Source: Minisyncoccota bacterium
GTDB lineage: Bacteria > Patescibacteriota > Minisyncoccia > Phycocordibacterales > UBA6065
NCBI GenBank assembly: GCA_035546035.1
Contig: DASZXC010000003.1
Span: 479 to 64,478, forward strand
DNA length: 64,000 nt
Direction: 5' to 3'
Of this stretch, positions 35,318 through 43,817 are shown one piece after another. The notes under the pieces were generated by a model that worked only from the letters and a program-made list of their open reading frames with translations, had not been told where the DNA came from and did not search any database. Every line of letters starts with the position of its first letter. Position 1 is the stretch's first letter. The translations under genes and the position numbers were made by a program.

Positions 35318-37064
35318 GGTCTTTATGGTGAAGCTCGAACCAGAGAGCGAGGCAGAGGAATGTCCAGAGCCTATAGTTGCCCGTAATACCCCGGGCTTTT
35401 GCCTGGTCTATGTAGGCAAAGATCGGGTGCGACGGGTCGTCCATTATCGACGATATTTTCTTTTGAACGGTCTCGGCCTTGAGCCATATATCTACGGGTG
35501 CGCCGAAGCCCTGCTTGCGGCGATAGACGAATTCTTTCGGGAAAACTTCAGCGAGGATGTCTTTGAGGATGATTTTGTTCTCGGTCTTATTTATCTTGAA
35601 TTCGATTGGCAGGCTATATATGTATTCTGCAAACTCGGTGTCGAGGAAAGGCGAGCGGATCTCGAGCGAATGCATCATGCTCGTGCGGTCTACCTTGGTC
35701 AAAAGCTGACCCGGCAGATATATATTGAGGTCGAAGGCGTTTATCTTTCCCGTGCCTCTCGGAGCGTCTACGAGAATTTTCTTCTCATATGAGTGGTCTG
35801 AAGAGTCTTTTTTCTTTATAAGGCTCTGTACCTGTCCGTCCGAGAATACTCCGGTCATTTTCTTGTACGAGCTGAAATGGGTATGGAAAAGCCTCTGGTG
35901 GAGAGGGGTATGCCAATATTTCTGATACCAGCCGTATCCCATGAAAAGCTCGTCCGCGCCGTCGCCCGTGAGAGCGACTTTGACCTTCGATGCGGCGAGC
36001 TTAGAAACAAGATGTTGCGGAAAATCTGAAGAATCGGCGTGAGGCTCGTCGAAATATCCGATGACTTCTTTGAGAGCTTCGAGATCGGGTTTTTCCGCGG
36101 CGAGCGTATAGTGGTCGGTGCCGATTTTCTCTGACGCGGCCTTTGCATAGGACAGCTCGTCTTTGGCCTCGCCATATCCTACTGAAAATGTTTTAATCGG
36201 TCGGTCCATGTGTTTGTGGGCTTCCAGCGTAACGATCGTGGAGTCGACGCCGCCGGAGAGGAGGGAGCCTATCTCTACGTCTGCGACCATCCTCTTTTCG
36301 ACCGCCTTAGCAAAGAGCCTCTTGATCTCTGCTTTCGCTTCGCCATACGAAGCCGCGGTCTTTTTCTTCTCTATCTGCCAGTATCGCCGCGATTCCAATG
36401 AGCCGTCCTTTACGATCCCCGCATGCGCAGGCGGGAGAGTATGGACATTGGAATAGATCGTCTTGTACGGAGGTATGTAGCCGAGCCGTAGATAGTCGGC
36501 GATAGACCCGGGATCGACGATGCCTTTGAAGAGGCCTGCGGCAAAGATCGTTTTTATTTCAGAGCCGGCGATGAACATGCCGTCATGGAACGCATAGTAG
36601 AAAGGCTTTTTTCCGAACCTGTCGCGCGCGATGAAAAGCTCTTTTTTCGCATCGTCCCAGAGGGCGAACGCGAACATACCGTCTATGTGGTCTACGCACG
36701 AGGCTCCGTATTCGGCGTATGATTTCAAGATGACCTCGGTATCTGAATGAGACCGGAAGACATGGCCTTTCCTTTCGAGCTCTGCGCGCAGATCCTTGTA
36801 TCCGTATATCTCGCCGTTAAATACGATGGTGTAGGGACCTTCGTTGTCTTTCATCGGCTGATGGCCTGCAGGAGAGAGATCGACGATGGCGAGGCGCGTC
36901 ATGCCGAGGATCGAGCCGCTGGTCGAGTCGCTGGTCGAGTCGCCGGCGCGTTCGAAGCCTTTATCGTCAGGCCCGCGCTTGTGGATGCAAGTGAGCATCG
37001 CCTCGACGGAGGAGTCTTTGATGGAGTCCGTGTTTTTCCCGGCTATGGCTATGATGCCGCACAT
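35310..37064 (-). CDS. asnB: Asparagine synthase (glutamine-hydrolysing)-like amidotransferase (AsnB family)
   Basis: 584 aa; N-terminal MCGIIAI (Ntn Cys2), SLLSGGVDSTIV (PP-loop SGGxDS). AsnB paralogs are common in glycan clusters. Confidence 0.8.
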   Translation of the reverse strand: MCGIIAIAGKNTDSIKDSSVEAMLTCIHKRGPDDKGFERAGDSTSDSTSGSILGMTRLAIVDLSPAGHQPMKDNEGPYTIVFNGEIYGYKDLRAELERKGHVFRSHSDTEVILKSYAEYGASCVDHIDGMFAFALWDDAKKELFIARDRFGKKPFYYAFHDGMFIAGSEIKTIFAAGLFKGIVDPGSIADYLRLGYIPPYKTIYSNVHTLPPAHAGIVKDGSLESRRYWQIEKKKTAASYGEAKAEIKRLFAKAVEKRMVADVEIGSLLSGGVDSTIVTLEAHKHMDRPIKTFSVGYGEAKDELSYAKAASEKIGTDHYTLAAEKPDLEALKEVIGYFDEPHADSSDFPQHLVSKLAASKVKVALTGDGADELFMGYGWYQKYWHTPLHQRLFHTHFSSYKKMTGVFSDGQVQSLIKKKDSSDHSYEKKILVDAPRGTGKINAFDLNIYLPGQLLTKVDRTSMMHSLEIRSPFLDTEFAEYIYSLPIEFKINKTENKIILKDILAEVFPKEFVYRRKQGFGAPVDIWLKAETVQKKISSIMDDPSHPIFAYIDQAKARGITGNYRLWTFLCLALWFELHHKDHA

Positions 37065-37068
37065 GTGA

Positions 37069-38007
37069 TTACAATCTTATCCAATTCTCCGCATAGACGT
37101 CTTTCGTATCCGCTTTCGGAGCATTCCTAAACCAGACCTTCGGCGCGACGACGACCTTGTCCGTGCGCGGATTGAGCCATGCGCCCCACCAGCCGAACGA
37201 CGAATTGGCGATGATATGGTGCTTGCACGCGCTCATGAGGGCCAGGTCTTCATAGTCGCTCGCCTCGGTGCCTTTTATGCACGTGACGGGATGTTTCAGG
37301 CCCTTGAAGTTCTCGACTGACCACGCATAGTCGTCGGAGAATATGAAGAAATGAGGATTCGCGACGTTCTTTTCGATATGGGCGATGGCCGCGGCGTAAT
37401 AGCTCATGGAACAGACGCCGTGCATCTCTGCGGCAAGGGGGTCGGTGACATAGTCGCCGCGCCGGACATGGAGGGAGACCGCATTTGCTTTCTTTATCTC
37501 TTCGAGCGCCTTGAGGCTCGCTTCCGAAAGCGCTTTTACGGGCGTTATCTCGGCTCGGAGTTCATCAGCGATGTGTCTGAAATACTTCTCGCCCTGCCAG
37601 TCGCCGTCGAAATAGGTCGAGCTTTTCCGGGCAAAGACTTCAACGTCATATGCGAACGTCTTTTCAGGATAATAGAAAGGGAGGAAGAATCGCTTTCCGC
37701 GGAGATATTTATAGAATGCGTCGAATGCCTTGTAATGCTTACGGATGCCGACGAAGCCGAACATGTCGCCGTCTTCGGCAAAAGGCGTTTTCGTGTTGAA
37801 GAGGTTGAGGGAGTATTTTCTGTGTATCTTATGCGGGTCCCAGCGGGCGTCGTCGCACACTTTTTTGTCGATCAGATAGGGCATTCCGAGGCGCGCCGAG
37901 ACTCCGCGCGCGAATGCGTACTGAAAGAGCTGATTGCCTGTGCCGCCTTGGATGCGTACGATGATCTTTTTCATTCTTTTATCGTTGCCGGATCGACCGT
38001 CTTCCAC
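37069..38007 (-). CDS. GT11 alpha-1,2-fucosyltransferase
   Basis: 312 aa; IIVRIQGGTGNQLFQYAFARG at the N-terminus (the GT11 hallmark), HVRRGDY. Confidence 0.7.
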   Translation of the reverse strand: MEDGRSGNDKRMKKIIVRIQGGTGNQLFQYAFARGVSARLGMPYLIDKKVCDDARWDPHKIHRKYSLNLFNTKTPFAEDGDMFGFVGIRKHYKAFDAFYKYLRGKRFFLPFYYPEKTFAYDVEVFARKSSTYFDGDWQGEKYFRHIADELRAEITPVKALSEASLKALEEIKKANAVSLHVRRGDYVTDPLAAEMHGVCSMSYYAAAIAHIEKNVANPHFFIFSDDYAWSVENFKGLKHPVTCIKGTEASDYEDLALMSACKHHIIANSSFGWWGAWLNPRTDKVVVAPKVWFRNAPKADTKDVYAENWIRL

Positions 38008-38870
38008 ATGTCTTTGAAACCGGCGTTTCCATAGACCTTGTTCTTGTCGTCGCCTTCGACGACCTCGAAGCCGTTCGATTCCATAAAAGCGTCGAGCTCC
38101 GCTTCCGTATACGCTCCTTCGTATTCCGCCTCGAGGGGGATCTCGGCGATGACGAAGACGATCCTCTTCAGATATTCTCCGGCGCTTCGTATAACGGCGA
38201 TATCGTTTCCTTGGGTATCTACCTTAAGCGCGTCTATGCGCTTGAATCGATCCCAAGGGATATGCGAGAGAAAGTCGGAAAGCCGTACCGTCGGGACGGA
38301 TATCTGTTTCGCCGTGCGGTAGCGGAGAGGCCTTAGAAAGCTCGATGTGCCGACGCCGTCCGTCACGTTGAATCGTTTCATGTCCGGCTTCGCATCGTCT
38401 ACGGCAAGGCCGAATACGAGCATGTTCTTTCCGAGGCTCTGTGCCCAGTCGACGCCGCCAACCTTTCGAAGCGAAGGCGCGACGAGCGTTCGGAGCTTAT
38501 TTCGATCGGCCTTGCCCGTGAATATAAAATCGAGCGCTTCAGGGTTCGGTTCGAAGCCGAATACGAACGTTCGCGGGTCGTTCTTGATCCACAGAGCGGA
38601 ATTCGGGGCGGTGTAGGAAAGCCCCACGTCTAGGCGGAGCGATGTGATATCGCGGGGTATGTCGAGGCCGAACGCGCTCTCCGTCGAGCGAGCCGATGCA
38701 TAGAGCTTGTCCGTCAGCGCGCGCATGTCGTGCGCGGTATCGCGACACGCCGACGCATCTCGAGCGATCGATCTTTCCTTTGAGCGCTCGCCAAGGCTTT
38801 GCCACTTCTTTTGAAGCGGCGCATATATGCTCGAAGGCACGATATTCTTGGCTAAGCGTTTGATCGACAT
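37971..38870 (-). CDS. FkbM-family methyltransferase
   Basis: 299 aa; FGFEPNPEA ... ALKVDTQGNDIAVIRSAGEYL. Confidence 0.6.
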   Translation of the reverse strand: MSIKRLAKNIVPSSIYAPLQKKWQSLGERSKERSIARDASACRDTAHDMRALTDKLYASARSTESAFGLDIPRDITSLRLDVGLSYTAPNSALWIKNDPRTFVFGFEPNPEALDFIFTGKADRNKLRTLVAPSLRKVGGVDWAQSLGKNMLVFGLAVDDAKPDMKRFNVTDGVGTSSFLRPLRYRTAKQISVPTVRLSDFLSHIPWDRFKRIDALKVDTQGNDIAVIRSAGEYLKRIVFVIAEIPLEAEYEGAYTEAELDAFMESNGFEVVEGDDKNKVYGNAGFKDMWKTVDPATIKE

Positions 38871-39512
38871 CTATCGTTTTGGGTAGATACGGATGTTGTC
38901 GTTCTTGACCTCGAATCCGTAGCCGGCCGCCGTCGCCATCTTTTCCACTCTTTCGAGGGTCGGATAGTTATTCTTGCCGACGAATTCGCGGGCGTCGTCT
39001 ATGAGGATCACGTGGTTCTTGACCGGATGGGCGAATATGACCTTGAGCTCTTCTTCGACGGGCGTATCGACGTCGGTGCGCGTCGTCTCGCCGCCGGAGA
39101 AATGCGCGTCGAGCCAGAAGAGCGCGGGCTCTTGTATCTCCGCGAGCATCTTGGGAAGCATGACTCCGCTATCGCCGTGGAAAAGCTTCACGTGCCTTTC
39201 GTTCGCGTATTTTTTGACGGCGTCGGCATAGAGCGCATCGGAGAGCTCGACGGAATATATCGCGTCGAAGCGGCGGATCATGGTGTCGATCATCTCGCCC
39301 TTGTACGTGCCGGTCTCGACGAATACGCGCGGCTTGAACTTGGAATAGTAGCCGATGATCGAGTTCACGCGCTCTGCGTGGAGCTTTGCGTGCTTTCGGC
39401 GCTCTCGGACTTTGATGTAGATCCCATAGAGGCCGAATACCTTCAATACTCCTTTCGCCACGCGGCGGGCCGGGGTAGAAGGGATATGTGGTTTGCTGTA
39501 GACGATGCTCAT
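38871..39512 (-). CDS. Class I SAM-dependent O-methyltransferase (TylF/MycF/CmcI-like)
   Basis: 213 aa; VFVETGTYKGE ... LFWLDAHFSGG ... ILIDDA. Confidence 0.5.
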   Translation of the reverse strand: MSIVYSKPHIPSTPARRVAKGVLKVFGLYGIYIKVRERRKHAKLHAERVNSIIGYYSKFKPRVFVETGTYKGEMIDTMIRRFDAIYSVELSDALYADAVKKYANERHVKLFHGDSGVMLPKMLAEIQEPALFWLDAHFSGGETTRTDVDTPVEEELKVIFAHPVKNHVILIDDAREFVGKNNYPTLERVEKMATAAGYGFEVKNDNIRIYPKR

Positions 39513-39513
39513 A

Positions 39514-40461
39514 TTATTGTATGTTCTTAAGGAATCTATCGAAGAAGACCTGGGTCGTATATTCTTTCACCGCTCTCCGGTACGCGTTCTCGATTATCGG
39601 CTTGTATGAATCATAGTTGGCGAGGATCTCCCGGACCGTTTCTTCGAGCTTGTCCGGTTCGTAATACACGAATTCTTTTCCGGGGGTGAAAAACTTCTCT
39701 ATGATATTGAATTCGTCTTTGCGGCAGAGGATGAGGGATTTGCCGAACGCCGCGTCGAATGTCCTGGATTTGATCTGGGGCACCATCGCCGTCTGCTTCT
39801 TGAACATGCCCCTGATGCTCCAGCGCGGTATGCCCGCATAGGCTTTGTTTTCCTTCCAGCCGCGCGTCCCGCGGACGCATCTTATCTCTTGGTCGCGGAG
39901 GAAGAGCAGGTTGTGGACGAGCGTGATCTTGGATTCGGATACAAGCTTGATCTTCTGGTCATAATCCGCGTTCGGATCGGTGGTAAGAGGGTAGTCTGCA
40001 GGGGCAACGAGGCGGTAATTGAATCTCGCTATCTCTTTCACGCTCTTCTCGATCTCGGGCGTATATTCGGTGAAGATGTGCCCGGCGTATATGATGTCGT
40101 ATTTCTTGTCGAACGTCTTCGGTATCTTGTTCTCGTTAAAAGGTATGAAAGAGAAGGCGCGCTTGTCGTTCTCGTATCTTTTATTGAGCCATTCGACGGT
40201 GTACGGGCATATGCTGAAGACTTTGTAGAGGAGGTCTTCGTATATCTCGTGCCTGAAGTCGCGGTTGTCGGTGAAGAACCTATTCGGCTCTTCGAATTCG
40301 AGATGCACGATCTTGTCGCCTTTGATGTCGAGAAGGCCGCGAAAATCCAAGAATCCTTCGATGAGCCAGAAATCTCCCGCCCTGCCGGCGAAGCGCGCGA
40401 AATCGAATGTCCTCGTGGCGTCGAATTTATACGTCTTTACGCGCTTGTTGAAGATTTTCAT
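39514..40461 (-). CDS. Hypothetical protein, possibly CgeB-like GT-B glycosyltransferase
   Basis: 315 aa; only the C-terminal KSRTFDAAFGKSLILC...FVYYEPDKLEETV resembles the GT1/CgeB-like C-terminal region. Confidence 0.3.
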   Translation of the reverse strand: MKIFNKRVKTYKFDATRTFDFARFAGRAGDFWLIEGFLDFRGLLDIKGDKIVHLEFEEPNRFFTDNRDFRHEIYEDLLYKVFSICPYTVEWLNKRYENDKRAFSFIPFNENKIPKTFDKKYDIIYAGHIFTEYTPEIEKSVKEIARFNYRLVAPADYPLTTDPNADYDQKIKLVSESKITLVHNLLFLRDQEIRCVRGTRGWKENKAYAGIPRWSIRGMFKKQTAMVPQIKSRTFDAAFGKSLILCRKDEFNIIEKFFTPGKEFVYYEPDKLEETVREILANYDSYKPIIENAYRRAVKEYTTQVFFDRFLKNIQ

Positions 40462-41714
40462 GAGAGTTTCTCGGTATGGTGATCGAGGATGTTCGATATC
40501 TTGCCAGGGTTGTAGCCGCGATAGACCTTTGATCGGGGATTGTCCACGTCGAGTATCTCGAAATTGACGTCTTTCTTGGTATCAAACGATCGGATGCCCG
40601 GGTCATGGAGATGGACATCGAACGTGTGTATGCCGACATTGAAAAGGAATTTCGGTATCTTGACCGTCGTCGAATAGGTGCCCGGTTCGCGATCGAACGC
40701 CTCGCCCTTCTTATCCGAATCCGACGTGACGAGGAGGAGTTCGCCGTCGGCATGGATATAGAGCGATAGTATCGAGCGCTCGATCTCGCGCTTGATCGTG
40801 TAATCTACCTGGACGGTGAAATCCTTGCTCACCGGTATGCGCGGCGTAAGCTCGCCGTCTTCGTCCTTGATGGTCACTTTAGTGACGAATGCGTCCTGGT
40901 CCTTCGGCTCGAATTCAGTGACACTCAAAAGGGAGGCTTCCTGGAGGTATCGGTCGATGACCTTTTCGGTCTCGCCGATCATCTTTATCTTTCCTTTTTC
41001 GAGCAAGATGCAGGTCTTACAGAGCGATCGTACTGCGGACAGGTTATGGCTGACGAACAATATCGTGCGGCCCTGGGCTTGGGTCACTTCTTCCATCTTG
41101 CCGAGGCATTTCTTTTGGAATTCTGCGTCGCCGACGGCGAGGACCTCGTCCACGAGCAGTATGTCCGGCTCCATATGCGCCGCGACCGAGAATGCGAGGC
41201 GCACGTACATGCCGCTCGAATAGTATTTGACCGGCGTATCTATGAATTTCTCTATGCCCGCGAATTCGACGATGGATTCGAAGTTCTTCGCGATCTCCTT
41301 CTTCTTCATGCCCAAGATGGCGCCGTTGAGGAATATGTTCTCGCGTCCGGTGAGCTCGGGATGGAAGCCGGTGCCGACTTCGAGGAGCGACGCCACGCGG
41401 CCGCGCATGACGATCTCGCCTTCGGAAGGCGGCGTGATGCCCGTGAGGATCTTGAGGAGCGTCGATTTTCCCGCTCCGTTTCTGCCGATGATGCCGATGA
41501 CCTCTCCGGGCATCACCTGGAAATCGATGCCTTTGAGCGCCCAGAACTCTTCTTTCGTGCCGATGCCGGCCACGTTCTTGGCTTTCTGCTTGAAGAATTT
41601 GAACGGGCTCTTTACGATGTTCATGAGCACGTCGCGCAGGGCAACATACTTGCCCCGATAGTGGCTGATGCTATATCGCTTGCCGACGCCTTTTACTTCG
41701 ATGATGGGTTTCAT
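40458..41714 (-). CDS. wzt: Polysaccharide ABC exporter ATP-binding protein (Wzt/TagH-type) with C-terminal carbohydrate-binding extension
   Basis: 418 aa; GRNGAGKSTLLK (Walker A), YSSGMYVRLAF (signature), LLVDEVLAVGD (Walker B), plus a ~170-aa C-terminal domain typical of Wzt. Confidence 0.85.
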   Translation of the reverse strand: MKPIIEVKGVGKRYSISHYRGKYVALRDVLMNIVKSPFKFFKQKAKNVAGIGTKEEFWALKGIDFQVMPGEVIGIIGRNGAGKSTLLKILTGITPPSEGEIVMRGRVASLLEVGTGFHPELTGRENIFLNGAILGMKKKEIAKNFESIVEFAGIEKFIDTPVKYYSSGMYVRLAFSVAAHMEPDILLVDEVLAVGDAEFQKKCLGKMEEVTQAQGRTILFVSHNLSAVRSLCKTCILLEKGKIKMIGETEKVIDRYLQEASLLSVTEFEPKDQDAFVTKVTIKDEDGELTPRIPVSKDFTVQVDYTIKREIERSILSLYIHADGELLLVTSDSDKKGEAFDREPGTYSTTVKIPKFLFNVGIHTFDVHLHDPGIRSFDTKKDVNFEILDVDNPRSKVYRGYNPGKISNILDHHTEKLS

Positions 41715-41726
41715 AGTCGATTGCGA

Positions 41727-42551
41727 TTAGAGTATATCGGCGAAATACCTCTCGACTTTTTTAAAATACGCCGAGCCGACAAGGAGTATGACGAGGCAGG
41801 CCAGCGACGATATGCCGAGGAGCGTCCAGTTGACGGCGGTCGTGCCCAAAAGCGCCGCGCGCGCCGACTGGATGACGCCCGTCATCGGGTTAAGGGCGAG
41901 GAGCCACGAATATTTGCCCGCGATAGATGCCGGATATATGACCGGCGTGAGGAACAAGAGTATCTGGATGAAGAACGGCAGCGCGTATCGCACGTCGCGA
42001 TATTTTACATTGACGGCCGCGAGGAAGAGGCCGGCGCCCACCGATGCCATGAACGTGATGAGCAGAAGCAGAGGGATGAGCCAGATGCCCATAAGATGCG
42101 GCACGAATCCGTAATAGATCATGAGCCCGGCGAGCACGATCGCGGCGAACAGGAAGTCCACGAATTTGGATATGACGCCGGAGATAGGGAGGAGGAGGCG
42201 GGGGAAGTAGACCTTGGTTATGATCGCCTGGTTCCCGATGAGGACGTTCGACGTATCAGAGAGCGCGCCCGAAAAGAATTGCCAGAAAAGGAGGCCCGTA
42301 TAGACGAAGATCGGATATGGCACGCCGTCCGATGGCACCTGGGCCAGATTGCCGAAGAATACCGAGAACACGATCATCGTCACGAACGGCTGGAGTATCG
42401 CCCAAAGCGCGCCGATGAACGTCTGCTTATAGCGCACCTTGAAATCGCGCCAGGTGAAGAAATAGAGCAGCTCGCGGTAATTCCAAAGCTCCCTGACGTC
42501 GTTCCAGGAAAAGCTTTTCTTCGGGCGTATAACGGTGAGGGTCTCGTGCAT
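41727..42551 (-). CDS. wzm: ABC-2 type polysaccharide exporter permease (Wzm)
   Basis: 274 aa, 6 TM, ABC-2 family pattern (ILQPFVTMIVFSVFFG...); directly upstream of wzt. Confidence 0.85.
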   Translation of the reverse strand: MHETLTVIRPKKSFSWNDVRELWNYRELLYFFTWRDFKVRYKQTFIGALWAILQPFVTMIVFSVFFGNLAQVPSDGVPYPIFVYTGLLFWQFFSGALSDTSNVLIGNQAIITKVYFPRLLLPISGVISKFVDFLFAAIVLAGLMIYYGFVPHLMGIWLIPLLLLITFMASVGAGLFLAAVNVKYRDVRYALPFFIQILLFLTPVIYPASIAGKYSWLLALNPMTGVIQSARAALLGTTAVNWTLLGISSLACLVILLVGSAYFKKVERYFADIL

Positions 42552-42554
42552 GCT

Positions 42555-43475
42555 CTATATATTGTTGAAGTCCTGGAACGGGTCGTAGAACTTGTAGACT
42601 TTCACCATCTCCGCGATACCGTCGTCGAGAGTCTTCTTCGGCTTGAAGCCGAGGGCCGCGAGCTTTGCATAGCTTATGTTGAAATCGCGCGTGTCGGCGT
42701 CTTTGATCTCCGAATTGACGATCTTGCAGCCGGTAGCCTTCGCGATCTTTTCAGCGATCTCGAGCTTTGTGAAATTGAGCGAATCAGAGCCGACGTTGTA
42801 GACGTTGCCTTTCATCCGGTCTGTCTTGTCGAGGGCAAGGAGGTATGCGTCTATCGCATCGTCTATGTGGAGGCAGGTGCGCTTGGAATGCGCCTGGAAG
42901 AGCACGAGGACGCGATCGTAAATAGCGCGATAGCAGAAATCGTTGACGATGAGGTCGGTGCGCATGCGCGGGCTCGCCCCGAAAATAGTGGCGAAGCGGA
43001 AGCCGATGCTGTTCTTACGCTTCATGACGGCCTCTTCGCCGGCGAATTTCGTCTTGCTGTACACGCTCTTCAGCTTTACCGGCGTGGTCTCGTCGCAGTT
43101 CGCGCCTTTCTGATCGCCGTATACCGTCGTGGTGCCGGCATAGACGATAAGGGTCTCTGGATCGGCGAGTTCGGCGATCTTTATCGTCGCTTCCGCGTTT
43201 ATGGACCATGCCGACGAAGGGTTCGCCTCGCACGCAGGAAGGCCGCCGAGGCCGCCGAGATGGAATATGACGTCGAAGCCCGCGAGAGTCTCTTTCGTCA
43301 CGTTGCGTATGTCGTCTTTCGCTACCGAAAGCCGCGCATTCTTCACCAGGTGCATGACAGGATCATATCCGTAGAGGAAATTGTCGTGGATCGTGACGTC
43401 ATGCGCGCGGTCGAGGAGCTTTTCCGCGAGGAGGATGCCTTTGTAGCCCGCACCGCCGGTGATGAGGATCTTCAT
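42555..43475 (-). CDS. NAD-dependent sugar epimerase/dehydratase (extended SDR)
   Basis: 306 aa; KILITGGAGYKG (GxxGxxG), YSKTKFAGE (YxxxK). Confidence 0.8.
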   Translation of the reverse strand: MKILITGGAGYKGILLAEKLLDRAHDVTIHDNFLYGYDPVMHLVKNARLSVAKDDIRNVTKETLAGFDVIFHLGGLGGLPACEANPSSAWSINAEATIKIAELADPETLIVYAGTTTVYGDQKGANCDETTPVKLKSVYSKTKFAGEEAVMKRKNSIGFRFATIFGASPRMRTDLIVNDFCYRAIYDRVLVLFQAHSKRTCLHIDDAIDAYLLALDKTDRMKGNVYNVGSDSLNFTKLEIAEKIAKATGCKIVNSEIKDADTRDFNISYAKLAALGFKPKKTLDDGIAEMVKVYKFYDPFQDFNNI

Positions 43476-43485
43476 ATAAATGATT

Positions 43486-43734
43486 TTACCACCTGTTAAT
43501 CTTGTTCACGACCTTCTTCTTGAGCTTGAGGTACTCTTTCACGGCGCCTTTCTCGAGGTCAGGGGAGACGAGGCGGAGGATCTCCTTGCCGAGGATGCGG
43601 TATTGGCCGCCGACCTTGTTCGCGCGGATGAGCCCGCGCTTCAGCATGCGCTTTATGGTACTTTCGCTTATGCGGAGCACCTGGCGGGTCTCTTCCGTCG
43701 TATAGACTGCGTTGGGCTTGATCTCTTCTGCCAT
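43486..43734 (-). CDS. Helix-turn-helix DNA-binding protein (excisionase/MerR-like HTH_17 family)
   Basis: 82 aa; YTTEETRQVLRISESTIKRMLKRGLI matches the HTH_17 pattern. Confidence 0.6.
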   Translation of the reverse strand: MAEEIKPNAVYTTEETRQVLRISESTIKRMLKRGLIRANKVGGQYRILGKEILRLVSPDLEKGAVKEYLKLKKKVVNKINRW

Positions 43735-43752
43735 AGCCTCATTTTAGTGTAA

Positions 43753-43772
43753 GTGTCAAAAGGTGTCAAAAG
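43753..43772. promoter_or_regulatory. Tandem direct repeat GTGTCAAAAG x2 (with degenerate flanking copies) in the divergent promoter region
   Basis: gtgtcaaaag gtgtcaaaag read directly, between the HTH gene (-) and the ligase-like gene (+); candidate operator. Confidence 0.4.
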
Positions 43773-43817
43773 GTTTCATGCTCAAATCACGATATTTTAT
43801 ATGCTATATTTGAAGCC

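Noticed and set aside
43486-43734. Excisionase-family HTH as a marker of a prophage or integrative element
   Set aside because: No integrase, recombinase, transposase or att-like repeats anywhere in the window; it is more likely a local regulator next to its tandem-repeat operator.
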